The position numbers and the translations under genes are program-made. Below, piece by piece: positions 25,446 to 34,119 of a stretch of 34,644 nt of DNA. Below the pieces are notes generated by a model. The model had not been told where the DNA came from. It saw nothing but the letters and a program-made list of their open reading frames with translations, and made no database searches. Where the stretch lies: the NCBI GenBank assembly GCA_021789095.1, contig JAJYJX010000001.1, forward strand, positions 1 through 34,644, read 5' to 3'. This DNA is from a bacterium. GTDB lineage: Bacteria > JAMCPX01. Every line of letters begins with the position of its first letter. Within the stretch, counting starts at the first letter, position 1.

Positions 25446-26150
25446 ATGAAGCTGTCCATAGTAGTACCCGTTTATAATGAAAAAGATACCATAGGGCAGA
25501 TCATATCCATGATCAAGAGTGTGAATTCGCGTAACCTTCAGAAAGAAGTCATTATTGTAGATGACTGTTCAACGGACGGGACAAGGGACGTGCTGAAACA
25601 GTACAGTGATGATTCCGTACATATATTCTACCATGAAAAGAACATGGGCAAGGGTGCTGCTCTCAGGACCGGGTTCAGCAAGGCAACAGGAGACTTTGTG
25701 ATAGTACAGGATGCTGATCTTGAGTATGACCCTGCAGATTATGAAAGGCTGTTGAGACCAATAATCGAAGGCAAGGCTGACGTTGTTTACGGCTCAAGGT
25801 TTATGGGCGGGGAACCGCACAGGGTTATATACTTCTGGCATTATCTGGGCAATAAGTTGCTTACGACATTCTCAAACATGTTTACAAACCTCAACCTTAC
25901 CGACATGGAAACATGCTATAAGCTGTTCAGGAAGGATGTGCTTGACAGGATCAAGATAGAAGAGAACAGGTTTGGTTTCGAGCCTGAGATAACGGCAAAG
26001 GTATCAATGCTCAATGTTAAGATTTACGAGGTCGGCATATCATACAGCGGCAGGAGCTATGCAGAGGGCAAGAAGATAGGGTTCAGAGACGGTTTCAGGA
26101 CACTGTATGTTATCCTGAAATACGGGCTGTTCAAGAGAAGGGCGGATTAG
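25446..26150 (+). CDS. GT2-family glycosyltransferase, DPM1/polyprenyl-phosphate-sugar-synthase-like
   Basis: It has [25 protein letters not shown] and [10 protein letters not shown] (D-x-D) motifs. It is 234 aa with no TM segments and starts 3 nt after the upstream gene. Confidence 0.85.
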   Translation: MKLSIVVPVYNEKDTIGQIISMIKSVNSRNLQKEVIIVDDCSTDGTRDVLKQYSDDSVHIFYHEKNMGKGAALRTGFSKATGDFVIVQDADLEYDPADYERLLRPIIEGKADVVYGSRFMGGEPHRVIYFWHYLGNKLLTTFSNMFTNLNLTDMETCYKLFRKDVLDRIKIEENRFGFEPEITAKVSMLNVKIYEVGISYSGRSYAEGKKIGFRDGFRTLYVILKYGLFKRRAD

Positions 26151-26227
26151 GTTCATCATTGTTTACCTGACCCGGTTTCCCCTTGAAGCGGCTGAAAACT
26201 AGGCCCTCTCACTGACAGCAATTATAG

Positions 26228-27247
<1,020 letters not shown>

Positions 27248-27566
27248 CCGGTGCAAAGGATTTCATGAACCATGGGAACCATGGGGACAGCGACCGTTTT
27301 CGTTTATATTTTGACAAAGAAATCTGGGGACAACCCCCATATTATTAAGAGCAATAAGTCAGCTAACAAGTAAATCTGCAATCTCCAAAAACCCCGGGCC
27401 ATGATAGGGCGGGTAGGGAATAAGTTAGGGTGGAACCATGCTTCGACTTAAAAATTGAGTTTTTTGACCCCGTTAGAAAGTCACGCCTGAGTGCACAGTA
27501 ACGCATATCTACTGATGAGGCATATAAAGTAACTTTGGCGTGCAGGTACGTCCTTTCTGACGGGAT

Positions 27567-28076
27567 CTATAATATCTCCACAGCGCAGATGATGATCATG
27601 ATGATCGCTATGATGCCTTTGAAGATCGTGCCTTTTAACCTTCCTATTGCGGACACCCATCCCTTGTGCAACGCGTCGGCTGCCTTCTTGTTTTCTATTA
27701 TTGACACTGCAAACGCGCCTGCAAAGGCCCCGAGCACGGCACCTATGATCGCGCCTATGCCGAGCAGGAACGGAGCAAGCACAATGGATCCGGCGATCGC
27801 CCCTAGTATGGATGCTGTCATTGCCTTGCGGGAAACGCCCGCTTTTCTTGCGTCCTTTATGCCGAACAGCGTTTCCCCAAGTTCCGCAATAATCGTGAGG
27901 ACCGCGAGCACGATGACGGTATACCAGCCGATGTAGTGCGCCTTTGTCAGCAGGACAAATATTAAGACAGATACAAATTCTATAATGGTCCCGGGCAGAC
28001 CGAACACAATGGAAATGGTTGCAATGCCCATAACAACAAACAGGAGTATAATAAAGAATATATGCAGTGCTGTCAT
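27567..28076 (-). CDS. DUF456-family small membrane protein
   Basis: It has four hydrophobic segments and the pattern GLPGT...ELGE...RKAGVSRKA...G-rich helices that I associate with DUF456. It starts 1 nt after the accD stop. Confidence 0.55.
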   Translation of the reverse strand: MTALHIFFIILLFVVMGIATISIVFGLPGTIIEFVSVLIFVLLTKAHYIGWYTVIVLAVLTIIAELGETLFGIKDARKAGVSRKAMTASILGAIAGSIVLAPFLLGIGAIIGAVLGAFAGAFAVSIIENKKAADALHKGWVSAIGRLKGTIFKGIIAIIMIIICAVEIL

Positions 28077-28077
28077 A

Positions 28078-28923
28078 TTACGAAGCAGTGAGCTTCTTCT
28101 CTGTATTCCCGAGGAGTCTTATGATTTGGGTGATCGTTTTCTTTATCACTTTTCTCTCGATAACCATGTCGATCATGCCGTGCTCGAGCAGGAACTCCGC
28201 GCGCTGGAACCCCTCGGGCAATTTCTGGCCTATGGTATCCGATATGACCCTTGGTCCTGCGAAGCCTATCAAAGCCTTTGGTTCAGCTATTATTATATCA
28301 GCAACACTTGCAAAGCTCGCAGCAACCCCGCCTGTCGTCGGGTCAGTGAGGAGTGCAAGGTACAGGGTCTTGTTCTTCTTAAGCCTGCTTAATGCCGCAT
28401 TTGTTTTTGCCATCTGTACAAGCGAGAAGATGCCTTCCTGCATCCTGGCCCCTCCCGAAGATGTAACGATCAGAAGGTTTGATTCTTCCTGCGCGGCCTT
28501 CTCTATCAGTCTTGTAATCTTTTCACCCACAACGCTGCCCATGCTCCCGCCCATGAAATTGAAGTCGAATATCCCGATATTGATGAACATGTCGTTCAGG
28601 GTTCCGTATCCTGTAACAACAGCGTCGTTTACACCTGCTTGTTTCTGTGCCTCTTTCAGCTTGTCCCTGTATCTTGACCTGTCTTTGAAATCGAGCGGGT
28701 CGATTGACTCGATGTTGTCCCATAATTCATGAAAGGTGTTCTGGTCAATGAGTATATCGATCCATTCCTTTGCAGACATCCTGAAGTGATAGTTGCACTT
28801 CGGACAGACCTTCAGGTTCTTATCGACCTCTTTCTTATAGACGATCTCGCCGCAGTTGTTGCACTTTAACCACAGGCCATCAAGGCTGCTTTTTGTTTTA
28901 CTGTCAGAACCAAACAAGGGCAT
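28078..28923 (-). CDS. accD: Acetyl-CoA carboxylase carboxyltransferase beta subunit
   Basis: It has an N-terminal zinc ribbon (CNNCGEIVYKKE...CPKCNYHFRMSAKEWID) and a carboxyltransferase core (GGSMGSVVGEKI, SGGARMQEG). Confidence 0.92.
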   Translation of the reverse strand: MPLFGSDSKTKSSLDGLWLKCNNCGEIVYKKEVDKNLKVCPKCNYHFRMSAKEWIDILIDQNTFHELWDNIESIDPLDFKDRSRYRDKLKEAQKQAGVNDAVVTGYGTLNDMFINIGIFDFNFMGGSMGSVVGEKITRLIEKAAQEESNLLIVTSSGGARMQEGIFSLVQMAKTNAALSRLKKNKTLYLALLTDPTTGGVAASFASVADIIIAEPKALIGFAGPRVISDTIGQKLPEGFQRAEFLLEHGMIDMVIERKVIKKTITQIIRLLGNTEKKLTAS

Positions 28924-28924
28924 T

Positions 28925-29686
28925 TTATATTTTTATAACCTGGTTAAGCTTTACAGCTTCCATATGCAGGCCTTTCTTCTGCTTCAATTCTTTTACAACC
29001 TGTTTATAGAACTGGGGCTTTATATGGTAGACATAAACAGGGACATTCCTGCTGATCTTGCGTACCTCCTGCGCAACCATCTTAGGCGTCAGATGCTTTG
29101 ACAGGATTGAAAGTTCTTCTTTCTCATCAGGGTATGAACACTCTATGAATACTGCCTTCAGGTTATCTTTCTTTGATGCCATCTCCCAGATCCTGTCTGT
29201 CGGCCCTGTATCAGAACTGAACACCACGCTGCTTTTACCGTCATCCAGTATAACCCCGGATGCCGGTACCGTATGACTGACAAGACACAGCGTAACTTTC
29301 AGGCCGTCGATCTCGATCGTAGATTCACTCTCTGCTTCTTTCATCCTTATGACAGGTTTTTCCTTGCTGGGTATCTCCGTAAAGTCAGGCCAGATGTGCC
29401 AGTTCAACAGGTGTTGTTTTATATGGCTGAGCACAACAGGCATGCCGTATATGGTAAACCCCTTGCCGTTTACGCTGACGCTGTTATCGGCAAGGAACAG
29501 GGTATCCCTGCAGTGGTCAGCATGGGCATGGGTAAGAATGACATGCTCTACCCGGAGCTGTTCTTTTAAGGTGAGCACACCGGTGATCGCACCGCCGTCA
29601 AGTATAACGCTTTTGTTTATAAGGAATGAAGTTGTCCTGAAGTTGGGCAATTCACCGCCGTGACAGCCCAGCACTCTTATATTCAT
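28925..29686 (-). CDS. MBL-fold hydrolase resembling class II 3',5'-cyclic-nucleotide phosphodiesterases
   Basis: MNIRVLGCHGGELPNFRTTSFLINKSVILDGGA and the metal motif THAHADH resemble the class II PDE (CpdP/Pde1-type) layout. It lies 6 nt downstream of a cNMP-binding regulator gene. Confidence 0.55.
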   Translation of the reverse strand: MNIRVLGCHGGELPNFRTTSFLINKSVILDGGAITGVLTLKEQLRVEHVILTHAHADHCRDTLFLADNSVSVNGKGFTIYGMPVVLSHIKQHLLNWHIWPDFTEIPSKEKPVIRMKEAESESTIEIDGLKVTLCLVSHTVPASGVILDDGKSSVVFSSDTGPTDRIWEMASKKDNLKAVFIECSYPDEKEELSILSKHLTPKMVAQEVRKISRNVPVYVYHIKPQFYKQVVKELKQKKGLHMEAVKLNQVIKI

Positions 29687-29692
29687 GGCTCC

Positions 29693-30340
29693 TCACATCC
29701 CCTCGAACTGCTCTTTCATCACAAGGTAATCAAGATATTTTTTCAGGTTGTCATAGTTTCTGATCAATATGCCGTTGTTCGTCAGCTCTATAAGCCTGTT
29801 TTTGGCAAGCCTGTCCACTATCTCGCCCACCTTGTTTTTCTCCAGCCCCGTTGTAATGGCCAATTTCTCAACATCAAGCTTCAGGAAGGTGTCTGTGTCT
29901 ATCTTTGTACCGCTTTCAGCCAGTTTAAGCAGCGTAACGATGACCCTCTGGTTCGAGTCCTTTATCATAAGGTTCGCTATCTGGACATCCGCATCTTCGA
30001 GTCTTTTTGCAAGGATCCTTATTATTCGCAAGGCTATCTCCGAGTTGCTGCGGATCATTGTATCGAATGTACTGTTGTTAATGACGAGCATTTTCGCGTC
30101 TTCCACAACTTCTGCACTTGCGGAACGCGGCTTTTTATTCAGGAGCGACATCTCTCCGAAGAAATCGGACTGGCTGAGCACTGCGAGGACCTTTTCATTG
30201 CCGCCCACTTCTTTGAAAATCTTCACCTTGCCTGTGTTGATGATGTACATGTCTTCCCCTGTATCCCCCTCACGAAAGAGTATCGTGCCTTTTGGGAATA
30301 CCTTGCCAAACCTTTTAAACAGTTCATCTTCCATAAACAC
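29693..30340 (-). CDS. Crp/Fnr-family transcriptional regulator (cNMP-binding domain plus C-terminal HTH)
   Basis: cNMP-binding motifs are FREGDTGEDMYIINTGKVKI and FFGEMSLLNKKPRSASA. The HTH region is LAITTGLEKNKVGEIVDRL. The RBS AAGGGG lies just upstream of the ATG. Confidence 0.85.
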   Translation of the reverse strand: MFMEDELFKRFGKVFPKGTILFREGDTGEDMYIINTGKVKIFKEVGGNEKVLAVLSQSDFFGEMSLLNKKPRSASAEVVEDAKMLVINNSTFDTMIRSNSEIALRIIRILAKRLEDADVQIANLMIKDSNQRVIVTLLKLAESGTKIDTDTFLKLDVEKLAITTGLEKNKVGEIVDRLAKNRLIELTNNGILIRNYDNLKKYLDYLVMKEQFEGM

Positions 30341-30440
30341 CCCTTGTCAGGATAATTTATATTTCATAGCATATTTAAGGGCTTTTGTGCAAAATATAGT
30401 AACGGGAATTAAGGAGCGAAGGGTGATGTGTCCGGGAATG

Positions 30441-30536
30441 CTAAAATACTATTACTCCGAGCTTTATAAGCTTGTACAGTCTTTTCATTACTTCAAATTG
30501 CTCAACAGGGTTGATTATCTGCAGGATCTCTTCCAT
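30441..30536 (-). CDS. Possible 31-aa small ORF, or the 3' remnant of a winged-helix-like domain
   Basis: It encodes MEEILQIINPVEQFEVMKRLYKLIKLGVIVF. The same frame stays open upstream to 30647 with domain-like sequence (IPKLNINDRDIVKYNLDKVDGYSS) but no ATG, GTG or TTG. The RBS is poor. Confidence 0.2.
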   Translation of the reverse strand: MEEILQIINPVEQFEVMKRLYKLIKLGVIVF

Positions 30537-30644
30537 GGAAGAATAACCGTCTACCTTATCAAGGTTATATTTTACAATGTCCCGATCGTTTATATTTAAT
30601 TTCGGGATCTTTTTGAAATTGTGGAGTTTCTGTTTTCGATGCTG

Positions 30645-30693
30645 ATTCTAACACGGGTAAACTTACAGATTACTTACATATTACTTACAGATT
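30645..30693 (-). promoter_or_regulatory. Candidate activator-dependent promoter: three 11-bp direct repeats plus an extended -10
   Basis: The plus strand carries ACTTACAGATT (30661-30671), ACTTACATATT (30672-30682) and ACTTACAGATT (30683-30693). On the minus strand the repeats are followed by 10 nt and then TGtTAGAAT, with TG at 30653-30652 and TAGAAT at 30650-30645. There is no -35 hexamer. Confidence 0.45.
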
Positions 30694-30723
30694 GCAGAAT
30701 AGAAAAGACAAGGGGGAATGCCG

Positions 30724-33700
30724 TTAATATTTCCTTTGTAAGGAGGTATAGATTTCCCGGGTTTTGGAAGATGGCTCTATACCAAGGTTTTCTTTAAGGT
30801 TCTTATAACATGAATGATATATTGATATTGCCTCTGCATTTTGCCCAATCAGGATATAGCACGCCATCAACCGCTGATAGAATATTTCTTGAAGATGATC
30901 AACCATCAGTCCCTTATTGTAATATTCTATTGCTGCTTTCCACTCTCCATTTGCCTCACAGTACTGTCCCGCTTCTTCCAGTATATTTAAAAGCCTTCTT
31001 TGCAGCCTTTCACGATAATTCTCCGCCCAGGGGTGTGATAATTCTTTACCGAGAAATGTCCCGCGGTAAATGGATAAAATATGACTTATTATACTTGAAA
31101 TCCCATCCTGTACACCATGGGAAGTCCTGATGCCGGATGCAGAATATTTATGTCTTTTTCGTGATCCAGTCCCAGTGTTTACAGGATGATTCTTTAAAAA
31201 TGTTTCAGCTTTATCTAACCAATGCTCAATCGCCCATGTATCCACCCAACAATATCTTTTATCCAGCGTAAGCTTGCCTGCGTTGAATACTATTGCCCTG
31301 TCATTACCGAGTAATTTTCTCAGGCGGTGCAGGTTTGTGTCAAAGGCATGCTTGGCTCTATCACCGTCAGCATCTTCCCATAATGCATCAATTATATGTT
31401 CCTCACTTACGTCTTCTCCGCCGGATGCGAGGAGTACTTGAAGCAGTTCTACGGGTTTTTGGGGGACCTTCCCATTGAATCCTAATTGTTTATCTTCAAT
31501 AAACAGCTTCGGGCTCCCAAGGGTGAAGACTTTCACCGGCCATGGCCAGTCTTTGCATTCCAATGGAGGTGTATCCGGCATAAGATTTCGTTTCTTGATA
31601 AGGCTTTTCACATACTCTTTATTGATGCCAGCCTCAAGTGCTTTGACACACAGCTTGGCCATAGCAGACGGCCGCCAGCCCGGAAAGTTTACATATCCCA
31701 TATCCTGTCCAAGCTGCATTGCCCTGCGGAGAAATCTTAAACCCGATCTTTCGTTATGTTGATCAAATGCAAACAAGGCCTTTGCTATAAGATACATATA
31801 TTTAAAATGCCTCTGCTTCCTGCAGATTCGATATGTTTTGTTGAGGTAGTACAATGCCCTGGTATCTTCTGAAAGTTCGTGGAGGATTTGAGACATTTGC
31901 AGGGAGGTGAGCACTATCAGGTTTACGTCGCCTGTTTCGATAGCCGGTTTCATGCCCGTTTTCTGACTGTCGTATGTAGAAACAAAATCCTCTCTCATCA
32001 TAGCCTCGCCGGTTGAAACAATATAATATAAGGCGCGATCATACGCCCCTGCCTGTCCTATTGTTTTAGAGATCTTTTGTAAAAGCTGCCTTCCATGCTG
32101 GACATTTCCGGAACTCAGCATCCATGCGGCACCAAACGTTAAAAGTGGATGATCCATTACCTGGATTCCCGTGGTTTCAGCTACTTTTATCCCGTCGTAT
32201 AATGCCTTAAATTCAGGATCAGACACTGCCGTATACCAGCTGTATAAAACTTCTATGACCTTGAGTGTAAGAAACGTCAGGGGAGAAATCTGGTCTGAAT
32301 AAGTCAGTTTTCTCAATGGTGCAATGATCGTGTCCTCCATTGAGATATCCCCTACCGTTGAGTAGTAAAGAGCTATAATGGTACTTAATTGTATTCGCAG
32401 CTCAATAGTATCGCTGCTTTCTAAAAGAAGCGTAGCACGATTCAGCCATTTTTTAATCTTTGGATTAAAGTGCTGTCTGAAATTTAAGGCAAAGAGCATC
32501 TTAGCTACTGCTATTTTTTCTATTTCCGTAGAGGGGAAATCCTTCCTTTTTTTTACAAGCTTTTCCATGATATTTATCCATGGATCGTAGAGCCTATAGT
32601 TTCCAAGCCCATAGAATACAGAATCAACAGCCCCTGTCCACGCCATAAATATCCCGTTTTTATCTTTATTTTTTGTGAGCAGCTTGAACGCTTTTGCAAA
32701 GTAAGCGTGGCTTTCTCCGGGATTAAATGGCAATCTGCATGCACCAAACCAGTAGATAAGCCACGGGTTATTTTCACGCAGAGCATCCGGTATTCCCCTG
32801 AGCCATGCCTCCAGCGTCTGGTTCCTGCCCTGGGAAATAAGCTCTTTTGCATGGAGCAGGATCAACCGTATAACCTCCGTCCAGTCCTGCGATTGATAAA
32901 ACAAGGCAACGGCATCTTCTATGTGTCCTTCTTTTTCCAATACCATCCCTGCACGGCGCTGAACCTCCGACAGTGTTTTCCGGCTCCACACATTCATTGC
33001 CCTTGAAATCAGGAACCCCCTGAACAGGTCATGGTATTGATATACAGCTTCTGAACCTGCATGCCGCGATGTAAAGTAGTGCGAATCGGCAAGGTTTTCC
33101 AAGATTCTCTCGGGAGGCGGATATCCCATAAGCTTCTCTATCATGCCTATCGTCATTTTCGGTAAGAATGCGGTTTTCAGAAAAAAGTCCTGCATCTTCG
33201 CATCTACTTGCCTGAATATCTCGGTTGCGAAATAATCAAACACCCCGGGTGTGGAGCGCGGTATAATCGATGGTCCCTCAATATTTTCCAGCCTCGCTCT
33301 CTCCAGCATAAGGATCAATCCCGCTGCCCATCCTTCCGTTTTTGCATGCAGCTGCTTTATGGTGTCTTCCGGTATTTTTTTGAACCCTCTGGCCCGGATC
33401 AGCTTTTTTGATTCCTGCATGGTGAATTTTATATCATCCCACCCGATAAAATGGATCATGTCCTTTGCCAGGAGCCTGCTGAATACGGCGGGCGGATTGA
33501 TTCTGCTTATAATAATGACATTGATCCCGTCTGGAGCTATCGCAAGACCTTCTGCGAGCAACTCATGGAGTTTTGAATCAGGGTGCAGTTCATGGTAGTT
33601 GTCGAATACGATTGTGGATGGATACCTTAACCTGCCGTATAGATTTTCAAAATACCGTCTTGTAAATATAGCAATACCGGACAAGTATTCGGGTGTGAGC

Positions 33701-33996
33701 ATGGGCAGACGATCTTTTTCCCATGGAGCGGCGTTCTTTCCGGCAAGTCCCATGTAATAAAAGAATGTCGCTATATCATCGTCCCCTTTATCCATCTGAT
33801 ACCATAAACACCCGAGTTTCTTTTTCTCTATAAAGCTGCTTACCAGTACGGTCTTGCCTGATCCGGGCGGTGCAGAGACCCATATAATCCGGCGATCCAT
33901 TTTACGGACAAGCAGACGGAACAGTCTGTCCCTGTTTATAATGCCTTTGGGACTCTGCCGTATGATTTTGGATAGATGGCCATCTTTTGATTTCAT
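30724..33996 (-). CDS. STAND-class (MalT-like) P-loop NTPase with helical/TPR-like sensor region and C-terminal SARP module (OmpR-type wHTH plus BTAD)
   Basis: Walker A is SAPPGSGKT and the MalT-like context is LGCLWYQMDKGDDDIATFFYY. The Walker B-like motif is IVFDNYHEL. The C-terminal wHTH is VKVFTLGSPKLFIEDKQLGFNGKVPQKPVELLQVLL...ALWEDADGDRAKHAFDTNLHRLRKLLG. The BTAD is YRGTFLG...EIFYQRLMACYILIGQNAEAISIYHSCYKNLKENLGIEPSSKTREIY. The RBS GGAGG (34002-34006) lies 5 nt upstream of the ATG. Confidence 0.8.
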   Translation of the reverse strand: MKSKDGHLSKIIRQSPKGIINRDRLFRLLVRKMDRRIIWVSAPPGSGKTVLVSSFIEKKKLGCLWYQMDKGDDDIATFFYYMGLAGKNAAPWEKDRLPMLTPEYLSGIAIFTRRYFENLYGRLRYPSTIVFDNYHELHPDSKLHELLAEGLAIAPDGINVIIISRINPPAVFSRLLAKDMIHFIGWDDIKFTMQESKKLIRARGFKKIPEDTIKQLHAKTEGWAAGLILMLERARLENIEGPSIIPRSTPGVFDYFATEIFRQVDAKMQDFFLKTAFLPKMTIGMIEKLMGYPPPERILENLADSHYFTSRHAGSEAVYQYHDLFRGFLISRAMNVWSRKTLSEVQRRAGMVLEKEGHIEDAVALFYQSQDWTEVIRLILLHAKELISQGRNQTLEAWLRGIPDALRENNPWLIYWFGACRLPFNPGESHAYFAKAFKLLTKNKDKNGIFMAWTGAVDSVFYGLGNYRLYDPWINIMEKLVKKRKDFPSTEIEKIAVAKMLFALNFRQHFNPKIKKWLNRATLLLESSDTIELRIQLSTIIALYYSTVGDISMEDTIIAPLRKLTYSDQISPLTFLTLKVIEVLYSWYTAVSDPEFKALYDGIKVAETTGIQVMDHPLLTFGAAWMLSSGNVQHGRQLLQKISKTIGQAGAYDRALYYIVSTGEAMMREDFVSTYDSQKTGMKPAIETGDVNLIVLTSLQMSQILHELSEDTRALYYLNKTYRICRKQRHFKYMYLIAKALFAFDQHNERSGLRFLRRAMQLGQDMGYVNFPGWRPSAMAKLCVKALEAGINKEYVKSLIKKRNLMPDTPPLECKDWPWPVKVFTLGSPKLFIEDKQLGFNGKVPQKPVELLQVLLASGGEDVSEEHIIDALWEDADGDRAKHAFDTNLHRLRKLLGNDRAIVFNAGKLTLDKRYCWVDTWAIEHWLDKAETFLKNHPVNTGTGSRKRHKYSASGIRTSHGVQDGISSIISHILSIYRGTFLGKELSHPWAENYRERLQRRLLNILEEAGQYCEANGEWKAAIEYYNKGLMVDHLQEIFYQRLMACYILIGQNAEAISIYHSCYKNLKENLGIEPSSKTREIYTSLQRKY

Positions 33997-34015
33997 GAAG
34001 GCCTCCGCGTAATGG

Positions 34016-34045
34016 AATATAGATTAAAAAAGCCAAATAAGTCAA
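34016..34045 (-). promoter_or_regulatory. Possible sigma70 promoter of the STAND-SARP gene
   Basis: On the minus strand, TTGACT (34045-34040), an 18-nt spacer and TATATT (34021-34016) lie downstream of a CCCGG-AAAG-CCGGG hairpin (34083-34096) that follows apgM. Confidence 0.3.
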
Positions 34046-34119
34046 CCACATTAGGAATGATGCGGCTTTCTAACGCGTTAACCCGGAAAGCCGGGAAATA
34101 GCAGGGAGCAGGGGGCGGG

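Noticed and set aside
27535-28732. Plus-strand ORFs (27535-27936, 27985-28392 and 28067-28732) lie opposite the DUF456 gene and accD.
   Set aside because: The minus-strand genes have clear family signatures and operon-like 1-nt spacing. The plus-strand translations are featureless.
29660-30599. Two long plus-strand ORFs (29660-30355 at 231 aa and 29769-30599 at 276 aa) lie opposite the Crp-like gene.
   Set aside because: They are antisense to a gene with unambiguous cNMP-binding and HTH motifs. Their translations are Ser/Leu/Phe-rich with no recognisable domain.
30661-30693. I asked whether the 11-bp tandem repeats could be a degenerate CRISPR array or a microsatellite.
   Set aside because: The units are contiguous with no spacers and far too short for CRISPR repeats, and no cas genes are present. 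The helical phasing next to a -10 element fits a regulatory site better.
30724-33996. I asked whether the STAND NTPase could be an Avs-like anti-phage defence protein.
   Set aside because: The output domain is a transcription-factor module (wHTH plus BTAD), not a nuclease, protease, TIR or other effector. The neighbours are housekeeping or regulatory genes, not defence-island genes.
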